The notes under the pieces were generated by a model that was not told the DNA's origin, did no database searches, and saw nothing but the letters and a program-made list of their open reading frames with translations. A stretch of DNA of 63,840 nucleotides, filler included, from Octopus bimaculoides (Eukaryota), in NCBI RefSeq assembly GCF_001194135.2. It is 6 parts of 5 records of this genome, joined end to end, with 100 filler letters (N's around TTAATTAATTAA, not from the genome) between each part and the next. Parts side by side here need not be neighbours in the genome. Positions count along the whole stretch, not along the records: positions 26,772 to 33,317 come from NC_068984.1; positions 33,418 to 56,436 come from NC_069005.1; 4 more parts are not named here. One strand, written 5' to 3'. The first letter of the stretch is position 1; the number at the start of each line of letters is the position of its first letter. The position numbers were made by a program, and so were the translations under genes. Positions 27,462 to 40,779 of the stretch are shown piece by piece.

Positions 27462-27560
27462 AAGAGGCGGGATTTGAACTCAGCCTGTGAAGAGCCTGAA
27501 GAAATCCCGCAAGATATTTTGTCTGACGGTCTATTAAGCCTGCCAGCTCGCCGCCTTTAT
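27462..27560 (-). mobile_element. SINE family A head fragment
   Basis: 'ggcgggatttgaactcag...cctgccagctcgccgcctt'. Confidence 0.7.
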
Positions 27561-28937
27561 TGGCAATAACATAATAAGAATTAAGTACCATCTTACACAG
27601 ACCTAAAATACGGTCATAATATAAGATCTTCAAATAACACAACTATAAAACTGGATCTAACGAAGAAATTGTGTGCCCTTTTCTATGTGTCAGGACCACG
27701 GTTCTGCATCACCTCTCCTCTTGTATCAGGTGTCTATATACATATATACTTCGGACACATCGTGTTGCTAAGCGACAGTATAATGAGAATCATATTCCTT
27801 GTTGGCTCCACTGAAATCATCTCAGCATCGTTGAAGAGATGTCTTTATGAAGGTCTACACTTCACCAGTTTACACCCACTAAATATATTCAAGTCTGCAT
27901 CAACAATTTGTTTGAGTAAATCTGTATTTAGTTTTATCCATTTACATTTAGAGAACTGATCCCTCCGCAGTCGAACCATTTATATACCATCCCTCCAAGA
28001 AAAGAAGCAGTCGACAAAATGGGGTCTAGGAATTGATGTCGCTGTTGTTCTTGCTGTTTTGCAGTCTACGTGTGCACTGATCAAACAGACTGATGGTACA
28101 TAACTAGTCGGTCGAACAACAAGGTACGACTCATATATCGTTGCATTTGTATCATACCGTTGCTTAACTGAACACCACATTGCACATTCCGATATGCAAA
28201 GATGAATTTCATGGAATGTTCTGAGACAGTACAAGCAGAGCCTATAAGAGCGAGATCTATCATGGTTAGTTTGTATATGATATTTTCAGGTATTACTGAA
28301 AAACAGTGCACTTGGTAAGTGCTACTTTACTCCTGGCAGGTTCTACTATATTCCACAGAATCCGGGAAACCGACCTTAAATGCTTATCGTTCGAAAGGAT
28401 CTTTCATCCATTTTTTCTGGCATGTAATTATTAAATTATTCATTATGCACTTTATTGAGCTTTGTTTTGCGCGTGATCCTCTGCTCTGTGGAAAAATTGT
28501 CCTTCACGAAACTGCTCTTGGCGCAAAAATGGTCGGGGTCCGTTGTGATAAAATAGTAACTCACATTTCTGTTTTACATACATACATACATACATGTATA
28601 TATATANNNNNNNNNNNNNNNNNNNNNNNNNNNNNNNNNNNNNNNNNNNNNNNNNNNNNNNNNNNNNNNNNNNNNNNNNNNNNNNNNNNNNNNNNNNNNN
28701 NNNNNNNNNNNNNNNNNNNNNNNNNNNNNNNNNNNNNNNNNNNNNNNNNNNNNNNNNNNNNNNNNNNNNNNNNNNNNNNNNNNNNNNNNNNNNNNNNNNN
28801 NNNNNNNNNNNNNNNNNNNNNNNNNNNNNNNNNNNNNNNNNNNNNNNNNNNNNNNNNNNNNNNNNNNNNNNNNNNNNNNTATATATACATACACACACAG
28901 GCACACACAGACACACAGACGCGCACACACACACATA

Positions 28938-29726
28938 CAGCGAACGATGGGCAAATCGTCGCCATTTTATATCTTCAATTTCGGGCATGCACAGTTTGTT
29001 TTAGATTTTGTCGACTACACAGTATAGTAGGATTAGTTGGGCACCGTCTGTAAGTAAAACAGCACCATAACGCAATTCACTCTGTCAGAAATTTGGAAAC
29101 GACATGCTGTACTGCTTGGCATTCGCGCCGGAAGCTCCAATACGAACATTTCAGAGTGTTTGAGTGTCAATCCGAGGACAATGCATGTATCGAGAGTGAT
29201 AAAAATCAAACATATAGTCAACATCATGGTGTTTGAAGTGATCACTAACGATGGCGACGTTATGCCTCCATTCATCTTCCCATACGGCCTCAGGCTCAAC
29301 ATCAGGGGCCCTGGAAGAGGCAGTGCTGTCCTGGGTCAAAGGATGGCTACTGGAACACCCCGTTTCTGGCAACAAGACTCTGTACCATGCCACACAAACT
29401 GCAACCCCTTCATTATTATGTGTGGGGCGCAGCTGAGCGAGAGACCATCAAAACTCCTTGTAATACCAAAGATGAACTGATAGCAAGTATTATGGCAGTA
29501 TTCACCAACTTAAACAAGGAAACCGCCCAGAAGAGTTGCAGGAGATTCCGAAGTCGTCTGGAGGCCGTGGTTGAATCTAATGGCGATTTTATTGAATAAA
29601 TATATATACTCTTTAGTATATCAAGATATTTTAACGTAATTTTAGTAAATATATCTTTTAAAATGAGATGTCAGTGTTATTTTCATTTTTGCGTAATTTA
29701 GACGACAATATATTCACCGCACCCTG
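28938..29726 (+). mobile_element. Internally deleted Tc1/mariner-superfamily (maT/DD37D-like) transposon
   Basis: N-terminus SEIWKRHAVLLGIRAGSSNTNISECL joined to KIKHIVNIMVFEVIT.DGDVMPPFIFP, WQQDSVPCHT and PLHYYVWGAAERETIK...RFRSRLEAVVESNGDFIE*. Ends 'ta-cag' and 'accctg-ca' with decayed TIRs. Confidence 0.85.
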
Positions 29727-29730
29727 CATG

Positions 29731-29761
<31 letters not shown>

Positions 29762-30009
29762 NNNNNNNNNNNNNNNNNNNNNNNNNNNNNNNNNNNNNNN
29801 NNNNNNNNNNNNNNNNNNNNNNNNNNNNNNNNNNNNNNNNNNNNNNNNNNNNNNNNNNNNNNNNNNNNNNNNNNNNNNNNNNNNNNNNNNNNNNNNNNNN
29901 NNNNNNNNNNNNNNNNNNNNNNNNNNAAATACTAGAAAAGTTATATTCCCCAGAGATCTTATTACGTATGAATATGAAATCACAGACGTAATGGTTCTAT
30001 TCAATGTAG

Positions 30010-30145
30010 GCCGCGAATTAGTTGAGTCGTTAGCGGGGTGGAACAAAACGCATTATGGTATTTGTTTCTGCTCTCTGTTCAAATTCTAACGACGCTAACT
30101 TCACCTTTTATTCTCGCAGGGTCAATGAAATAAAGTATTTATCGA
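30010..30145 (+). mobile_element. Degraded SINE family A
   Basis: 'tcgttagc...ctctgttcaaattct...gggtcaatgaaataaagta'. Confidence 0.55.
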
Positions 30146-30826
30146 AAGTAAAGTACTTATCTGGTATTATGTCTTTCTCCATTTCTAAGTTAAGGGTTAA
30201 AATAAAGCAACCCTGCAAAACACAACTGATCTTTACACACAGACGTACAGAATAACAGCAGTCAAACAGCGACAGATGAGTGCACAACAAACATCAACGA
30301 TCTGACCGTCACCTGTGCTCTTGACAAGAGTGGCCAGTTAGTTCTTATACACCTACCAGGCTCATTCGTATTAGCCCGAGTTGCTGGATAATTTTTCGTT
30401 CCTTTAAACATATTGTAGAACGGAAACTTTTCATAGATTGGAATTTAAATACTAATCTCTATAGAAATTTATCGTTTCAAGAAAACATTGAATTTCAGTT
30501 ACTCTTAATTTTTATGATTATAGATAACAACTCAGGCTAACTTCTGAGCCCGAGTCAGTGGGGGTGTGAACGATGTCGAGAGGTCTGCTACGAATGATAT
30601 TTTTTGACACAGAGAACCTCTAAGACACCACCAGATGGTGAACGAAAATAAATTAACTGCAATGAGGCTCAATAAAAGAAGCCCGAGTTATCAGCTGCAA
30701 TTATATACTTGAAGTCAGTGTTGGTAGAAGTTAAATCAGCTTGCAAATACGCGTTCATTTTACTAAATTTACGCTCGGGCTAAGCCCGAATAGTCCGAGT
30801 GCCAAAGTCGCCACTGATATATATAT

Positions 30827-30891
<65 letters not shown>

Positions 30892-31150
30892 NNNNNNNNN
30901 NNNNNNNNNNNNNNNNNNNNNNNNNNNNNNNNNNNNNNNNNNNNNNNNNNNNNNNNNNNNNNNNNNNNNNNNNNNNNNNNNNNNNNNNNNNNNNNNNNNN
31001 NNNNNNNNNNNNNNNNNNNNNNNNNNNNNNNNNNNNNNNNNNNNNNNNNNNNNNNNNNNNNNNNNNNNNNNNNNNNNNNNNNNNNNNNNNNNNNNNNNNN
31101 NNNNNNNNNNNNNNNNNNNNNNNNNNNNNNNNNNNNNNNNNNNNNNNNNN

Positions 31151-31183
<33 letters not shown>

Positions 31184-31186
<3 letters not shown>

Positions 31187-31350
31187 GAGAGGTTTCCGTA
31201 TAGTTCACTTCTACCAAATTCAGTCATTCACTCGCATAGCAATGGTGAGCCCGCGGCTATAGTAGAAGGCACTTACCCAAGGTGCCGCACAGAGGGACTG
31301 AGCCCCAAACTACATGGTTACAAAGTGAGCCCTTTAACCACACAGCCACC
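31184..31350 (-). mobile_element. SINE family C (5' half)
   Basis: 'ggctatagtagaaggcacttacccaaggtgcc...gggactgagccc...accacacagccac'. Confidence 0.82.
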
Positions 31351-32472
31351 TTTGACTAAAAATTGAAAATATATTTGAAAATTAGGGTAAATAAAACATG
31401 CATCCATCGCTCCTACCCGCCATTTTGTCCTCAATGCCCGTATAAAATCTTCCACCCACTTTGAGAATCACTGCTAGAAACAGCAGTCAATCTTACTTGG
31501 ATCACAGTCGATTTAAGCAAGGAAGGATAAATTGAATAATGTATTCCAAAATATATTATGAATGAAAATACGACGCCGTGGCCATAAATGGATAGAACAC
31601 TGTTAGTCTAAGTTGAACAAGTGTTAAACAATAACTGCAGTAACGACAACAAGGTTGATTTTTTTTCCAAGGACAGAGAAACAAAGAGAAAGACAAGACT
31701 GTGACAAACTGTTAAGTCATTTAACCCTTACCAAGGCGATCACCTTCCGACATGCGAAAAGTCAAGGTGAGTTCCAATTAAGGTAATCGGGTGTAAGGTA
31801 ACTCAACTGCTAGCTACCGTCAAGAAACATGCAACGGGAATCTTCCGTCAAAAACCACGTGCTTGTAGTATGTGGAACCGAAGACTGCTTCGTCAAAACA
31901 CCAGTCGAGTCGATAGTGGTGTTACACATTCAGAATATTCGTTCTATTTTCAGCCACAAAAACGGTAGTTGCAAAGAAGCAAGCAAAACCACGAGCAGAT
32001 CCTTTTAATAGCTTCTGAAGAGCAACAACATTAGTTAATATACGAACTACTTACTCCAGACCTAAGAGAGCGCGCGTGTACACTCAAACGCACGCACACA
32101 CACAAACACACACACGTACGCACGCACACAGACACAGACACAGACACAAATACACACGTACACATTTATTGTTGACTGTCGAAAGAAAGACTAGTCAATA
32201 CCATAATAGAGATTAATATTTTTATATTGGGCATTAAGAAGAGACTGACACGATCAATGTATTATATACTTTTAACAAACCGTCAACGGTCCAATTTGTA
32301 AAACCAAAGTTTGGTTACCAAGCAAGATTGGCATGGCGTTGCAGAGTATCATACACAGAAAAGAGACAAAAGTAATGGAATCTTACACACGGGATAAAAT
32401 GTGTAACTATCCATCACCTTCGTTCTTTATACATAGATAGATCAGTACATAGACAGACAGGTATATACATAC

Positions 32473-32525
<53 letters not shown>

Positions 32526-32740
32526 NNNNNNNNNNNNNNNNNNNNNNNNNNNNNNNNNNNNNNNNNNNNNNNNNNNNNNNNNNNNNNNNNNNNNNNNNNN
32601 NNNNNNNNNNNNNNNNNNNNNNNNNNNNNNNNNNNNNNNNNNNNNNNNNNNNNNNNNNNNNNNNNNNNNNNNNNNNNNNNNNATATATATAAATATATAT
32701 ATATGTATGTATGTATGTATATATATATTTATATATATAT

Positions 32741-32987
32741 ACTCTTACTCTCTTTTACTTGTTTCAGTCATTTGACTGCGGCCATGCTGGAGCACCGCCT
32801 TTAGTCGAGCAAATCGACCCCAGGACTTATTCTTTGTAAGCCTAGTACTTATACTATCGGTCTCTTTTGCCGAACCGCTAAGTTACGGGGACGTAAACAC
32901 ACCACCATCGGTTGTCAAGCGATGTTGGGGGGACAAACAGACACACAAACAAACACACACATATATATACATATATACGACAGGCTA
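32741..32987 (-). mobile_element. SINE family C, 3' 'B' half
   Basis: 'cttttacttgtttcagtcatttgactgcggccatgctggagcaccgcc...gttacggggacgtaaacacacc...ggacaaacagacacac'. Confidence 0.9.
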
Positions 32988-33265
32988 TATATACACATAC
33001 ATATACATATAGACAGATACATACATGCATACATACGTACATATATACATACACACATTATCACGTGTTCAGGTGACAGACCAGTTTAACAGATGTTACA
33101 TATCGCTGATCATAATGCGCTTTGCATCGGTTTAGCTATCGAAAAGATGCGACCCTGTTGGCTAGCCGAGCAGGCCAACATTTCCAAGATCGAAAAGGGG
33201 GACTAGGGACTGGTCTAGGAATAGAATTCACGATCGCCTATATACATATATATATATATGTGTGT

Positions 33266-33317
<52 letters not shown>

Positions 33318-34193
33318 NNNNNNNNNNNNNNNNNNNNNNNNNNNNNNNNNNNNNNNNNNNNTTAATTAATTAANNNNNNNNNNNNNNNNNNNNNNNNNNN
33401 NNNNNNNNNNNNNNNNNTATATATATATATATATATATCTATAAATTCGTGATCAAAGGCGTTCGTAAACCGAGGTACTACTGTATTAGATGAATGTGAG
33501 AAAAATAGGAGATAATGCACGGTTTATTTGTATATATGAGTATGTGGGAGTATCTTTCTCTATGTGTATAAAAAGATATATATACACAGATGTGTGTATA
33601 TGCATAAATGCACATTTGATTATGTATATTTATGTGTATGCGAGTATATAGGATAATACGCTGTTTAAACTTGTATAAATGTACGTGGGTGTGTTTGCTC
33701 ATGTATGCACTAATTGTGATAAGCACATGAACGGTCAAAGGACGTTTGTCACCACCTGGAACATTCGCTTCTCTACGCTGAATCTCCAAGGACAGTTCTT
33801 CCCTATTTCCTCCATAGTCCATCTTCCCTTTTCTATTTTTTTTTACTCTGTCTTCCTCTCATCACTTTATCTCTTTAATCCCCTTTGAAGATATTAATAA
33901 GCTATGCTAAGAGCTCTATGAAATGCTTATTGCCTCTACCCTGAGATTATCCATTGCAGCCTGTTAAATTTCAACAGAGCTTCATATGTACCCACTCGCT
34001 TTGACGATGCCTGGCCAGGCGAGTCGATTTGTAATTTCTTTTCCTACCTACATTTAAAATCACTGATAAAAGAAAAGGTTGTTTTTTTTTTCATGATGTA
34101 ATCGTAGCAACCGAACTATTCATCAATAAAAAGGAATGATGCTAAAACAGATGCAGCAAACCTTAAATCTATTTGTTTTCTTTTATGTATATA

Positions 34194-35555
34194 CTAGCTG
34201 ACGACCCCGGTAATTCCCGGAAAAGCGGGGCTTATCCCTTGGTTCCGTTCTCATAATTGTTTCGCTAGAAAGAATTCAAATAAAGTAGCCCCCGAAAAGG
34301 GCTTTAATGCGTTCCCTGAGTATATAGAACTTTGGGGGGAAAACCAATAAGGTATGTATACTAAAATTGTGAAGCATGTTACATAATAACAGGCAAATCA
34401 TATATGAAATAATAGCAATTCAAAGGGCTTTTGTGCGTTCCCAGAGAATATTACCCTCAGGGGCGCTAGTGTTGAAATAGATTTATAATGAATGTAGAGA
34501 CTGACATTTAGTTTTACAGTGGACATACAAATAAATTTGTATATAGATTTTAAAATAAAATAACATGTAGGTTATCAATACATTTACAGTACTTACAAAT
34601 ATTACAGTTTAAAAAATAAATACCTGGTAATTTAGTGAATCATATTAAATTTTCAGAGCTTCTTGATAAACAACATTTTGTTCTTTCCTTGTGGGGCATA
34701 AATAAACAAATTACTAGGATTGCTGACTCTTGAGCATCCCACATAAAATTGGCCATGGGAGAAAACTGGTTCCGCAAGGTTCATACCTACCACGTTCAAG
34801 GACTGTCCCTGGGCCTTGTTAATGCTCATTGCAAAGCTCAGTTTCAATGGGAATTGCAGGCGCTTGTACTGGAAAGGTATATCCAAGGGAATAAGTGGGA
34901 TTCTATGAATGAATACAGGCTCACCATTTACTTTACCAGTCAAAATTGATGTCTCCAAGATTGTTGGCGTCATCTACTTTATTATAAGTCGTGTGTCATT
35001 GCAAATTTTTGATGGATCGATGTTTCGAAGCAGCATAACTGGTGCCCCAATCCTGAGGTGCAAGTTGTGTGGTGGGAAGCTAGGTGGTGTTAGGCTATTC
35101 AAGAATTCAACTAGGTAATTCACAGCTTCATCGATGTTGAATACAGTGGCAATAGAATTGTAGATGTGACATTTACCTGGCAACTGTTCCAGAAGTTTAA
35201 AGTTCAAATCGTCAACTCCCACATCCTTTGGTGCTAAAATGGCACGGGTTTTCAGCCAGTTGTGGTCCGTAAACTGGTTCCTCAGGTTAGGAAACACTTT
35301 GTTCATTAGTTCCTTTAAATCATGTACCATATGTCCAAAAGGCAAGCTTACCCGGCCATACTTCTCGCCAACCGAAGTGCCATTACCGACGTCCAACAGT
35401 TGCTTTGAAAAGGTTCTGCCTGCATCATCACCACTTAGCTGCACTTTCATGTTGGTTGTGATTCTTAGCTTTCGCACACTGCTCTATAGGTAGGACAACT
35501 TTATGCTGTCATCAGCTCTTGTTCCCTTTGGAACCACTGGAAGGGTTCGACAAAT
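34194..35555 (-). mobile_element. Helitron 3' fragment: PIF1-family helicase C-terminus, 3' hairpin and CTAG terminus
   Basis: RAILAPK, VEFLNSLTPPSFPPHNLHLRIGAPVMLLRNIDP..ICNDTRL, RLQFPLKLSFAMSINKAQGQSL and VFSHGQFYVGCSRV. The minus-strand end reads CCGG-GAATTA-CCGG (34207-34220), then 'ggtcgtcag-CTAG' followed by a host T at 34193. Confidence 0.95.
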
Positions 35556-35615
35556 GAGACCAATAGATTAAGTACTAGGCTTACAAAGATTAAGTCCTGG
35601 GGTCCATTTCTTCGT
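35555..35615 (+). mobile_element. SINE family C 'B' fragment at the Helitron truncation point
   Basis: 'gagaccaatagattaagtactaggcttacaaagattaagtcctggggtc'. Confidence 0.75.
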
Positions 35616-36765
35616 CTAACACCCTTTATATAAATACAGATCTGTGTGTGTTGTGTGCATGTGTGTATGTGTGTACATGAGTGTGTATATATGTGTACAT
35701 GCGCGTGTGTGTGACATAAATTAAAAGAAAACCGCCCTGAGTATGGCGTTTCTTCTAGAAGTAATTTGTAATGAACAATATCTTATATGTATTACTGTAA
35801 CACACATATATACATATATGCACAAACACAAACACACATTCGTATACACGCTCACCTACACATATATTGCATATTCCACCCTTTAATGAGGTATCGCGAT
35901 TTCAGTTCGGATTCTATCTGCTGTTGAACCATTCCATAACTCGTTCGTTTCCTCAACTCAGCCATACCAGATTGTGAATCGATCACGACTGATCCATTCT
36001 TCGGGTTTAACTATCAGTAGATCGGTCGTTACATAGATAACTCATTCCCTTATGTGGTCAGTCGCTTTATAGTTCAACCATTCCTGTATTGGTTGCCGTT
36101 ACACAGCAGCCATTGCAACTAACAGTTATTCCATATGACTCATAGATCCAAAGCCTACTATAGAAGACTGTGTAGAAAGATAATTATCGTAGCTTTAGAG
36201 TTTGGTCGCTTGTTTAACAAACTAATGTTATTTATCACACATTCACAGAACCATTTCACACAAGTCAAATGTTACAAAATGAATCACGCCGATGATAACA
36301 ATCGTATGAATCAGTTTATCCGACTTCTTCTCTGTCGTCTGCTTCATATGTTCCACAAGATTAATAAAACATTCAGCTTGATGTTATTTATTTTTGTCGA
36401 AAGCATAAAAAATAACATCTTCTGAGATAAATACGGTGGTCATTGTCCTTAAGGAATGTTTAAATTGAGTTATGTAACAAAATGTTGTTCATGGATTTAT
36501 TCCGTTTCAAATTTGTTAACTGGCGTGATTTGCTAGCTAACCACCATTGTTGGCATCTAATGAAATGAAACTTATTGAATTAGGATACTGTTCTTCAAGT
36601 AGAAAGCAAACAGGATGCTCTGAGGAAAATAGCTATTGAGTAAATGTCATGATTGCGCAACAGATAAGGTAGGTGAGATGTCACCCAGGATTACGCTTTT
36701 TTGGATTCATTGATGGCTTATAAGCGCTGCGTGTAGTGGGGTGTGGAACTCTCCCCCTCTCGCTA

Positions 36766-36834
<69 letters not shown>

Positions 36835-37440
36835 ACAGATTGATGATATATGGCAAAAGATCGTGAATGGAAGAAACGCAATAATTCTTTTTCTCCTGTC
36901 TCTCACTCTCTGATGAATCTATCTAACTATTTATCTCTTGAACCTCTATCTCTGCTTTTCGTTTTCTATGCTCAGCAACAAAAACCAACAGACGTCAAAG
37001 TGGATAAAAATACATTGGTCTATCAATGGTGATGTATGACCTTATACTAATGTCAATGTGAATTTGATACTGCAAAACACCTGAACACTTTATAAACGAT
37101 TTACAAACAAATGGAACATCACCGTCGCCATTTTTGTCATACTCATTTTTTCTTATTTCAACTATTTCTCAGTTGTATTTATTTATAGAGTGTGTGGGGG
37201 GGTGGGTGTAGGTAAGCAGGCATGTTTGACAGAGATAGAGAGAACATTTAAGTTTGAAACGGAAGTGAGAGAATTCAGTACGACAATAAGAGTGCGTATC
37301 AATTTTATGAGCTGAGAAATACTACAGGAATTACTCAAGTAACTAAAATTTCGTTACCACCACGAAATTTTAGCGATTTAGTATGAAAATCAAGATGTTT
37401 GAGCAGTTCTTGTAATATTCTCAATTATACGTGAGCACAT

Positions 37441-37514
37441 AGATGTATGTATGTATGTATGTATGTATGTATGTATGTATGTATGTATGTATGTATGTAT
37501 GTATGTATGTATGT

Positions 37515-37546
<32 letters not shown>

Positions 37547-37655
37547 ATGGATGGATGGACGGACGGACGGGCGGACGGATATATGAATGGATGCATTATA
37601 TACACACAGGTAGGGAAAGATGGGGAAGTATTCTATATGCATATGCATAAATACT

Positions 37656-37729
<74 letters not shown>

Positions 37730-37730
37730 A
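37441..37730. repeat. Compound tetranucleotide arrays (TATG)n, (TGGA)n/(CGGA)n and (TAGA)n
   Basis: Read directly. Confidence 0.95.
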
Positions 37731-38536
37731 TGACTCAGATCACGGAGTACCAATAAGGTATTCATGGTTTATTCACGGTCATCGAATGGTGAGTCTTGTC
37801 CTTTGTGACCATTTTGGATCATGGTAATTTCTTGGTTAAAAGAAAAGAAACTTTTGTTGCAGTAGGTAAAAGTAATCTACTTATCGACAGTAATTTTGGT
37901 GGAATAGCATTTCCGTCAGAATTTATAGGACCCAATCAACCGATTTTGCTTTGTAATTAGTTAGGGGAAAGCTGCATCGGTGGCATACGTATGACAGACC
38001 AGTTTTCCTGAGGAGTAAGAAATCGCCAACAAATGGTGGATGCAGTAAGGCGTTGTTACAGTGCACACTTCCATGCTGCTGCTGCTACTACTGCTACTAC
38101 TGCTGCTGCTACGTAGTTTATAATTAATCTGAGAATTAATTCGTCTTATAAATGTTCAATTTAAGAATGATATGTTTCTGTGTGAGGCAGCTGCAAACAG
38201 ACTACCGACTGGTGATGAAGTGGCTAATTATTTGTAATCTTTATGTGATATATGTTGAGGTAGGTCAATTAGTTTATACAGCCCCGTTTTTGCATTTTCT
38301 TTTATTTATTTTTTTTTACAAGGAGAGAAAAGAACTGCGTCGTGGCATAATCGGTAACGAGCTTAACCAGAATCGAAAAGATACAAGATTAAGATTTCTG
38401 TAAGCTGGATTGTTCTGTATTCTATCAAAGATTAGTACTTATGTGTATTGATTTATATTTAATTCTTGGGTATTACTTAATAATGATATATATATATATA
38501 TATTCTGTAATAAACTTAGTATATATTTTTTTTATG

Positions 38537-38670
38537 AGCTACTAATAGTTTCATGCAATGAAAACAACTCAAACAGCATTTTATAACGCGTCTGACGATT
38601 TCATGAAGGCACCAGACACGTTACAAAATGCTGTCTGAATTGTTCTCATCGCATGAAACTATTAGTAGCT
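38537..38670. repeat. Long inverted repeat (58-bp arms, 18-nt loop)
   Basis: 38537-38594 pairs with 38613-38670 with 6 mismatches, all transitions; imperfect extension to about 38507-38700. Confidence 0.92.
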
Positions 38671-38767
38671 AAAAAAATATATGCTGTGTTTATCAATTAA
38701 TCTTTATCTCACATCAGACGGAGTACATTTTTTTGTTGATCTTACCATCACGGAGCAGTACACTATA

Positions 38768-38973
38768 CAGGGTGTCCACAAAGTCTGGGTACATGGGGAT
38801 AAACACATACTTTAAGAAATTATTATTTCTTATATTTAATTATGTTACGATTTTATTTACTCCATGTACCCACATGAGGATTAACACATGCTTTAAGAAA
38901 TTATTATTTTTTATATTTAATTGTTTACGTTATGATTTTATTTACTCCATTGTACCCACACTTTGTGGACACC

Positions 38974-38976
<3 letters not shown>
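38768..38976. mobile_element. Tc1/mariner-type MITE (209 bp, TA target-site duplication)
   Basis: TIRs CAGGGTGTCCACAAAGT / ACTTTGTGGACACCCTG flanked by TA on both sides; internal roughly 82-bp direct duplication (38791-38871 and 38872-38957). Confidence 0.92.
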
Positions 38977-39009
<33 letters not shown>

Positions 39010-39947
39010 NNNNNNNNNNNNNNNNNNNNNNNNNNNNNNNNNNNNNNNNNNNNNNNNNNNNNNNNNNNNNNNNNNNNNNNNNNNNNNNNNNNNNNNNNNN
39101 NNNNNNNNNNNNNNNNNNNNNNNNNNNNNNNNNNNNNNNNNNNNNNNNNNNNNNNNNNNNNNNNNNNNNNNNNNNNNNNNNNNNNNNNNNNNNNNNNNNN
39201 NNNNNNNNNNNNNNNNNNNNNNNNNNNNNNNNNNNNNNNNNNNNNNNNNNNNNNNNNNNNNNNNNNNNNNNNNNNNNNNNNNNNNNNNNNNNNNNNNNNN
39301 NNNNNNNNNNNNNNNNNNNNNNNNNNNNNNNNNNNNNNNNNNNNNNNNNNNNNNNNNNNNNNNNNNNNNNNNNNNNNNNNNNNNNNNNNNNNNNNNNNNN
39401 NNNNNNNNNNNNNNNNNNNNNNNNNNNNNNNNNNNNNNNNNNNNNNNNNNNNNNNNNNNNNNNNNNNNNNNNNNNNNNNNNNNNNNNNNNNNNNNNNNNN
39501 NNNNNNNNNNNNNNNNNNNNNNNNNNNNNNNNNNNNNNNNNNNNNNNNNNNNNNNNNNNNNNNNNNNNNNNNNNNNNNNNNNNNNNNNNNNNNNNNNNNN
39601 NNNNNNNNNNNNNNNNNNNNNNNNNNNNNNNNNNNNNNNNNNNNNNNNNNNNNNNNNNNNNNNNNNNNNNNNNNNNNNNNNNNNNNNNNNNNNNNNNNNN
39701 NNNNNNNNNNNNNNNNNNNNNNNNNNNNNNNNNNNNNNNNNNNNNNNNNNNNNNNNNNNNNNNNNNNNNNNNNNNNNNNNNNNNNNNNNNNNNNNNNNNN
39801 NNNNNNNNNNNNNNNNNNNNNNNNNNNNNNNNNNNNNNNNNNNNNNNNNNNNNNNNNNNNNNNNNNNNNNNNNNNNNNNNNNNNNNNNNNNNNNNNNNNN
39901 NNNNNNNNNNNNNNNNNNNNNNNNNNNNNNNNNNNNNNNNNNNNNNN

Positions 39948-39983
<36 letters not shown>

Positions 39984-40040
39984 TATATTCACGTATATGC
40001 ATATATATGTGTGTGTGTGTGTATGCATGTACACACAGAG

Positions 40041-40096
<56 letters not shown>

Positions 40097-40544
40097 ACAC
40101 AGAAGACCATGTAGGAAACTAAGAAAAAAAATTGTTCATATGAGATGAAACGAATGAAACAGAATAAGAGAAAGAGACAAAAGTAGATAAAGGACACGTG
40201 ATATTAATAATACGATGCAAGAATCGCAGAGAATATTGAGGAATGGCACCGGAAATATTAGATGAAGATTTTGGCAAGATTCAAAGCAGAGCATTGAATA
40301 AATCTGCGAAAATAGCCAAGGAACGATGTGTTGGTGAGTTAGTGGAGGAGATATCTATGTCTCATTGACCTCATGGGGTCAACAATTCGTCGAAAATTCC
40401 AATATGATATGTTCTTCGAGGCAGGAATTTGGAAATATACACTGAATGGATTCTAAATATGTGAGACAGTCCGATCGATATATATATATGTATGTGTGTG
40501 TGTGTGTGTGTACATACATACATACATACATACATGCATGCATA

Positions 40545-40650
<106 letters not shown>

Positions 40651-40779
40651 AGTACATGTATATATACATACACACACACATATATATAGAGAGAGAGATA
40701 AATAGACGTATAGACAGATAAATAGATACATGTATATATACATACATATATGTGTGTGCGTATGTGCATGTATGTGTAT

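Noticed and set aside
34198-34240. CUGACGA...GAAA...UUA hammerhead-like string at the Helitron end
   Set aside because: No stem I can form and stem II competes with the GAAA. The sequence is explained by the Helitron terminal hairpin.
40243-40339. ORF starting MAPEILDE and ending at a GTGAGT donor, resembling kinase subdomain VIII
   Set aside because: An in-frame stop lies two codons upstream, there is no good acceptor, and the downstream subdomain IX (D.W/Y..G) is absent.
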